This document shows positions 57,722-64,000 of a DNA stretch of 64,000 bases, piece by piece. The DNA is from Octopus sinensis (lineage: Eukaryota). Both the position numbers and the translations under genes were made by a program. Each line of letters begins with the position of its first letter. The first letter of the stretch is position 1. The stretch covers positions 78,864,001 to 78,928,000 of the forward strand of contig NC_043003.1 in NCBI RefSeq assembly GCF_006345805.1, in the 5' to 3' direction. Under the pieces are notes generated by a model. The model did not search any database. It was not told the DNA's origin and saw nothing but the letters and a program-made list of their open reading frames with translations.

Positions 57722-57975
57722 GTCTGGGGAATGCCATTCTCATTTAGTGCCTTATTACTTAACACACTCACCGGTTCGATTTCCACTCATTTTTTCTAAA
57801 ATTTTCGTTTTTTGTGTTAATTAAAACAGAATGAACCTCCTCGGTCACAATAAAATATGCTTCAAACACGAATTTCCCCCCCCCACACATACATACATAT
57901 ATGTATGTATTTATGTATGTATATGTGTGCGTGTGATTGCATATGTGTGCATGTATGTATGAGTACGTATATGCT

Positions 57976-58290
57976 GAGACCCCCTTCGGTCATGACTGAC
58001 CATGTGATTGCACCTAGGAAGTTATCCTCCCAGGCACAACTCCGGGCAAGGTTGCTTATGGAAAACCCTTGCATACCGGCCTCCCTTCTCCACGCTACCA
58101 GTGTTATCCAAGGGAAAGGCAAAGGCCGATACAGCTTGGTACCTGTGACGTCGCAACTCATTTCTACAGCTGAGTGAACTGGAGCAACGTGTCTTGCTCA
58201 AAAACACAACACGCAACCCAGTCCGGGATTCGAACTCACAACCTCGCGATCGTATGCTCGACGCTCTAACCACTGAGCCATGCGCCTTCA
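57976..58290 (-). mobile_element. SINE family C
   Basis: Homologous to 42887-43223 with small deletions. Confidence 0.9.
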
Positions 58291-58825
58291 CTACGTATAT
58301 ATATATATAAGATAAATTATGTAAAACACTAATTTATATCATTATATCATTTGCTTTCTAAGTACGTTTCACAATCATGGTTCTTTGCAATATCCGCATT
58401 GAACGTTCAAAGTGCAATTGGATACTGAGCCACAAAGGGTCATCGGCGGGGTGGGGGAATGAAATATTATAGAGACATTTGATCTCCGTAACATAATGTG
58501 CTTCAGTATCTAATGGCACATGGAACATCCTACACATGCTCTGTGTATCATAAACAGGAATACAGTAATACTACTAGGTATAGTATTGACCATGCCACTT
58601 TGAAAGTAGTTGACTGGATGATAAATGATAATATTGTCCACGAAGCTCTAAAGTCGCCAATGGTAGTCTTATATCCACTTGAAATTGCATTACTAAACCA
58701 ATACGCGCGCACACACACACAAATACACAAACACACACGCACACACACACACGCACACACACGCACACACATTTTCTCTCTCCCACATGCACAAACACAC
58801 GTACACACACGCGCACACATTCTTT

Positions 58826-59553
58826 TATTCTTTTCGTTGTTTCAGTCATTTGACTGTGGCCATGCTGGGGCAACGCCTTGAAGGGTTTTAGTCGAACAAA
58901 TCGACGCCAGGACTTATTTCTTAAGCCTGGTACTTATTCTATCGTTCTATCAACACCGATTGTCAAGCGGTGATGGGGTAGGGGGACGCGAAAACACACA
59001 GACATAGATATAGACATATACAAAAATACAGCAGGCTTCTTTCAGTTTCCGTCTATCAAATCCACTTACAAGGCTTTTGTCGATCGGAGGCTATAGAAGG
59101 CACTTACCCAAGATGCCAGGCATTGGGACTCAACCCAGAATCATGTATCTTATTTCTTTATTGCCCACAAGGGGCTAAACCTAGAGGGGACAAGCAAGGA
59201 CAGACAAACGGATTAAGTCCATTACATCGACCTCAGTGCGTAACTGGTACTTAATTTGATGAAAGGCAAAGTCGACCTTGGCGGAATTTGAATTCAGAAC
59301 GTAGCGGCAGACGAAATACCTATTTCGTTACTACCCACAAGGGGCTAAACACAAAGAGGACAAACAAGGACAGACAAACGGATTAAGTCGGTTATATCGA
59401 CTCCAGTGCGTAACTGGTACTTATTTAATCGACCCCGAAAGGATGAAAGGCAAAGTCGACCTCGGGGGAATTTGAACTCACAACGTAACGGCAGACGAAA
59501 TACCGCTAAACATTTCGCCCGGCGTGCTAACGTCTCTGCCAGCTCACCGCCTT
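58826..59553 (-). mobile_element. Family A SINE (58826-59140) followed by two tandem B1 units (59151-59553)
   Basis: B1-B1 junction gaaatacc|tatttcgttactaccc at 59320/59321. Confidence 0.85.
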
Positions 59554-59588
59554 CTTACCACACAACAACGCCTACGCATACACATATA

Positions 59589-59870
59589 CAGGGTGTCTAA
59601 AAAGTTTCGCCCGATTCTTATTTTGAAAACTATTCTAGGTTTTTCAATTAATTTTATTGTATGGAACAATGATGAATAATAACTATGAATGAAACAATGA
59701 GACAACAATGATAAATACGAACGTCTAAAAGCTATGTTCCTCGAAACCTCGAAGTTATATTCCTCGAAGCCTCGAAGATGAACCTGCAATAATACAATAA
59801 TAATACAATACAATAATACAATACAATGTACAATAAAATAAAAATTGGATGAAATTTTCTGGATACCCTG
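59589..59870. mobile_element. Tc1/mariner-type MITE
   Basis: TA|CAGGGTGTCTAAAAAGTTTCGCCCGATT versus right end rc CAGGGTATCCAGAAAATTTCATCCAATT. Confidence 0.75.
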
Positions 59871-59882
59871 ATTTATATAAGT

Positions 59883-60285
59883 ATAGGCGTGGGAGTGGTT
59901 GTGTGGTAAGTAGCTTGCTTACAAACCACATGTTTCCGTGTTCAGTCCCACTGTGTGGCACCTTGGGCAAGTGTCTTCTACTATAGCCTCGGGCCGACCA
60001 AAGCTTTGTGAGTGGATTTGGTAGACGGAAACTGAAAGAAGCCCGTCGTGTATATGTATATGTATATATATATATGTATGTGTGTGTATATGTTTGTATG
60101 TCTGTGTTTGTTCCCCAATATCGCTTGACAACCGATGCTAGTGTGTTTTCGTCCCCGTAACTTAGCGGTTCGGCAAAAGACACCGATAGAATAAATACTA
60201 GGCTTACAAAGAATAAGTCCATGGGTCGATTTGCTCGACTAAATGCGGTGCTCCAGCATGGCCACAGTCACAAAGAGTAAAAGAG
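59883..60285 (+). mobile_element. SINE family A, full length
   Basis: Head through gagtaaaagag tail. Confidence 0.9.
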
Positions 60286-60558
60286 TATATATACACACAC
60301 ATATTTGTACAGTATGATTTGCATTATAGGGCAAATAACGGGTGTTTAGAGCTATATATGAACCCTGATATATCGAAAAAGATAATTGCGAAAAGGACCC
60401 GTCTTATAGTTCAATATTTCTTTCACAGGTCTTCATAGTTAATAAGATGACAGAGTTTAAAATTTATATAGAAAATAAATGAAGAAACAAGAGTTGTTTC
60501 TTAAGTTGTTTTTGAATATAATTAAATGGTTAAGAACCAACTCTCCACTTGTGTTCTT

Positions 60559-60601
<43 letters not shown>

Positions 60602-61299
60602 CATACTTAAAGTACTTACATTCTTGAAATCTCGATAAACTGCGGTATTCGTCACCAGATAGCGTTTCTTACAGACGCAAATTGTTTAAAAAAGCACACA
60701 CATATATCAATAACAGACGAAGATCACATAACTGTGGTGGTGACATTGCTAAATACGTATTTCTACCTCTTGGATTCCGTCAATAGCAAGTATTCACGGA
60801 TCTTCGTGGTTATCGTCATTGTATGTCGAAATCTTAAAAAAGTTTTTCCTAATGTATCATATTAATGTAATTTTTGACGCTGAATTCAAATTTGTTATTC
60901 ATTTATCCCGGAAAAATTTTGCGAAAATGTTACAGGTATTTCAAAGTTTGATCATTTTCGGAATTTCCAGCCAATCAGGAAATGGCGCATTCGCTGCCTC
61001 TTCCATTATTTGTCACAGTAGCGAGAAAGCAGGGAGGTGGGGGGGTCACCGGCATGTCAAAACATTTAACTAGCTACAGTAAACAGGGAAAAACATTAAA
61101 AGATTCGCGAGCAAATTAAATATTTAAAAGCTACGAGCAAACCGACAGGAGTTGCTAGAAATAACAGTGAAAACATTGGTTAAAACAGACATTTATTGGT
61201 TAAAAATCTCAAGAACACAATTTTGTAATACACTCTAGGATTTTATAAAATAAATTATCTTTCTCATATTTCCTTCTCCATATATAAATTCACAAAAAT

Positions 61300-61959
61300 A
61301 AGAGTCAACAATAGAAATGTGTTTGTTGTTGATTATAGTAAGATGAAATCGTGACAATAACAATACATCTCATAGTTGTACACAATTAAGACATTTTGAA
61401 ACTATATACACGCCAACAACAAAAAAAGCTAGTTGCGGACTCGTAGCTCTATAGGTTTGTTAAACACCAGTGCTCTTTATGTGTGAATAAAACACCGATG
61501 TCGGACAAGCGAATAAATATATGTAAATAATATTTCTTCCTTCTTGGTGTTGATTCTTCGATGTTTTCTTGTTACTCTGATGTTTACTGGTTACTCTTCA
61601 ATGTTTGCTGGTACGCGAGAACTAAAAAAAAAGTGTGTAATATGCAACACAGGCAGCAAACAAAAAATAAAATAGAACAAAGTGGTAACATTTAGCAGAG
61701 ATGATCTGGAAGTTGTTTCTCTTCGATTACTATCGCGAACAGCAGCAGTTTTCTTCAACTGAATACACGTCGTTGATTAGTTGAAATTACCCAAATACGA
61801 CAACTCTAACACGAAATAACTTCTAAAATACTAAATTTTTATCCAAAATGCTCAAAGTAAACCGTGTTCTGCGTGAGACACTGCACCAGTATACGAAGTT
61901 TTAAACTGTTTAGTTAACAAAAATAATTAAAAGATCTGTGAACCAAACTGAACAGATCC
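61300..61959. mobile_element. MITE family X: internal segment plus one arm
   Basis: 61340-61450 is the reverse complement of 55275-55380; the arm at 61690-61959 ends ...aacagatcc. Confidence 0.8.
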
Positions 61960-62049
61960 GGTCCGCGTCTGCTAACAACCGTATGTGATGACAGTATGAC
62001 AGTACACACACACATTATGTGTGTGTGTGTGTGTAAATGAACAACAAAC

Positions 62050-62462
62050 ACCCAGCTGTTGCTATACTCTATTCACCAATTGTAGTATGACGGTGTAATA
62101 TCAGCAGTTGTAGTGGCAGTCCGCCTTTAAGTGTCGCCAGCTGTCCGAATGTTGGTCTCAGCTGTAGTTTAAGGTCATTCACCATCTGCTGGATGCTGTC
62201 ATAGGAGCCATCGGCTCAATTCCGATCGACTGTTAATTTTGGGGTTGAAGCGGTGGATCAGCACGGTGTAATCCACAGAGGGTAGTATGGAGGTATTTAT
62301 CTTCTTGGTGTTGCCAAATCTGGTCAGGCGTTTGAAGAAGGCGGAACGCGTTGGTGGTGAGATGCTCTTTAATTCGGACGTGGAGTAGTCCTGTTGTGCT
62401 ACCAATGTAGTGGTTGCCGCATTTGGAAATGCGGTAACATCGGTAGCACAACAGCAACCGAG
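62050..62462 (-). mobile_element. Penelope-like element GIY-YIG endonuclease fragment plus 3' tail
   Basis: YRISKCGNHYIGSTTGLLHVRIKEHL and LIHRFNPKINSRSEL. Confidence 0.85.
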
Positions 62463-62785
62463 ATTTTATTTCTCCCACCCCTCACACACCAAAAGAATCA
62501 TTCCCTTTAACATAGTAAAACGAATTTGCACTATAGTAATAGATGCAAAATTAAGGATTAAAAGATTACAAGAATTAAAAATATTTTTCTAAAAGAACAA
62601 AAGTATCCCACTAGATTAATTGATGCAGCAATCACCAAATCAAAAAGAAAAATCCCAACTACGAGCCTTACAGGAAACCCAGTGTCAACATTATCATTAA
62701 GATAAAAATTATCTCCCCCAAAAACCATCTCTACTCATTTTTTCAAATATATTGTATTATACTAAGAACTTACTTTTTATTATTC

Positions 62786-62819
<34 letters not shown>

Positions 62820-62992
62820 GCCATGATAGATCGCTAGCCACTACACATTTTTTTTAGTTTCCCTCCTTGTTTCTTTTGTGTTCCTTCGTGTGTAGGAGCG
62901 TAGGCTCGAAACGTTAAAGACTTTTTCATTTCCCGAGCGTTAAACTAATACGCCTGTTTGTTATCTACACCATCTGTCTTCGACTTTTTTTT

Positions 62993-63000
<8 letters not shown>
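62463..63000 (+). mobile_element. Penelope-like RT thumb/linker fragment and terminal repeat with decayed hammerhead
   Basis: HPSHTKRIIPFNIVKRICTIV...KYPTRLIDAAITK; gagc-gtag-gctc-GAAACGTT-aaagac at 62896-62921 with a mutated CUGANGA box. Confidence 0.75.
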
Positions 63001-63075
<75 letters not shown>

Positions 63076-63083
63076 TGAGAGAG

Positions 63084-63197
<114 letters not shown>

Positions 63198-63257
63198 TAG
63201 ATAGACAGACAGACAGATAAATATATAGACAGACAGACAGACTGACAGAAGACAGAC

Positions 63258-63337
<80 letters not shown>

Positions 63338-63339
<2 letters not shown>

Positions 63340-64000
63340 AGGTGTCCCAAAATTAAGACAACCAACATTTTTCAACTTTGCCAAAACAAAATATTGTTAT
63401 ATTTCGGGTCCAAGCGTTGCAATGCAATGGCAAAGGAAACAATATGACACATATTCGATATGACCAGCTCTGTTTCGAATCACAGCCTTAAGTGTAGGTT
63501 TGAAGGCTTCACACCCGGCATGCATCTGCTCTTGCGGAATCGAAGCTCATTTCTGGCAGTTTTGCCTTCAGAGCGTCGAGCAAAGCATGAGGAGTACATG
63601 AAACCCTCGTTTTGAAAATGGGCCAACCAGAAAAGTCTAACGGTCTAAGATCGGGGCGTCTTGAGGGCCATACAACTTGTGTCTGTTTGGAGATGTGGGA
63701 TGGTGCCGAGTCCTGTTGGAGGCTACAAGGCGCGCCTTGAAGACCTTCCAGTGGCTATCATAGCCGTTCAAACCGTAACTGACTGTGGATTTTGACATGG
63801 ATTTACTAGTCTAACCTCGACGGAGCCAGATACACTCCAAAATCGGTAATTTACGGTGGTTTACTGTCTGTCCGATTTCAAATTTGTTTTCATCAGTAAA
63901 CATCAGGTTGGGTAACACGCCTTCAGCAATCTGACGCAGGATAAGACGACTTCTCTCCAGTTTCATGGCCTTATAAACTTGCGTGCGCTCATGTCGACGG
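63338..64000 (-). mobile_element. maT/DD37D-like (Tc1/mariner superfamily) transposase relic, truncated by the window end
   Basis: MFTDENKF (D1), QQDSAPSH (D2), PDLRPLDFSGW (D3), DALKAKL, IPQEQMHAGCEAFKPTLKAVIRNRAGHIE; TIR-like TA|GAAGGTGTCCCAAAATT. Confidence 0.88.

Overview
Eukaryotic, AT-rich, repeat-saturated genomic DNA (intergenic or deep intronic). I found no recognisable host-gene exon, rRNA, true tRNA or CRISPR array. The density of (TA)n/(CA)n/(TATC)n/(CATA)n/(ATT)n microsatellites and the tRNA-headed SINE families suggest an octopus genome (inference from recalled repeat families; no database search was run). Most listed ORFs are microsatellite artefacts. Real content: at least four tRNA-derived SINE families with interchangeable tails; RLE-type (R4/Dong-like) LINE 3' ends in microsatellites; RTE and CR1 LINE fragments; Penelope-like fragments with hammerhead-ribozyme motifs; Helitrons; mariner, Tc1 and maT transposase relics; long-TIR MITEs; and local inverted duplications. 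Most notable: a perfect 114-bp palindrome (57494-57607) carrying a hammerhead motif on each strand; further hammerhead motifs at 2801-2901 and 9091-9135; a 139-bp RTE end flanked by a ~155-bp duplication; apparent partitioning of microsatellite types among retroelements; and a 36.1-37.6 kb block built from inverted copies of two distant loci. Coordinates were read by eye; those of degenerate repeats are approximate.
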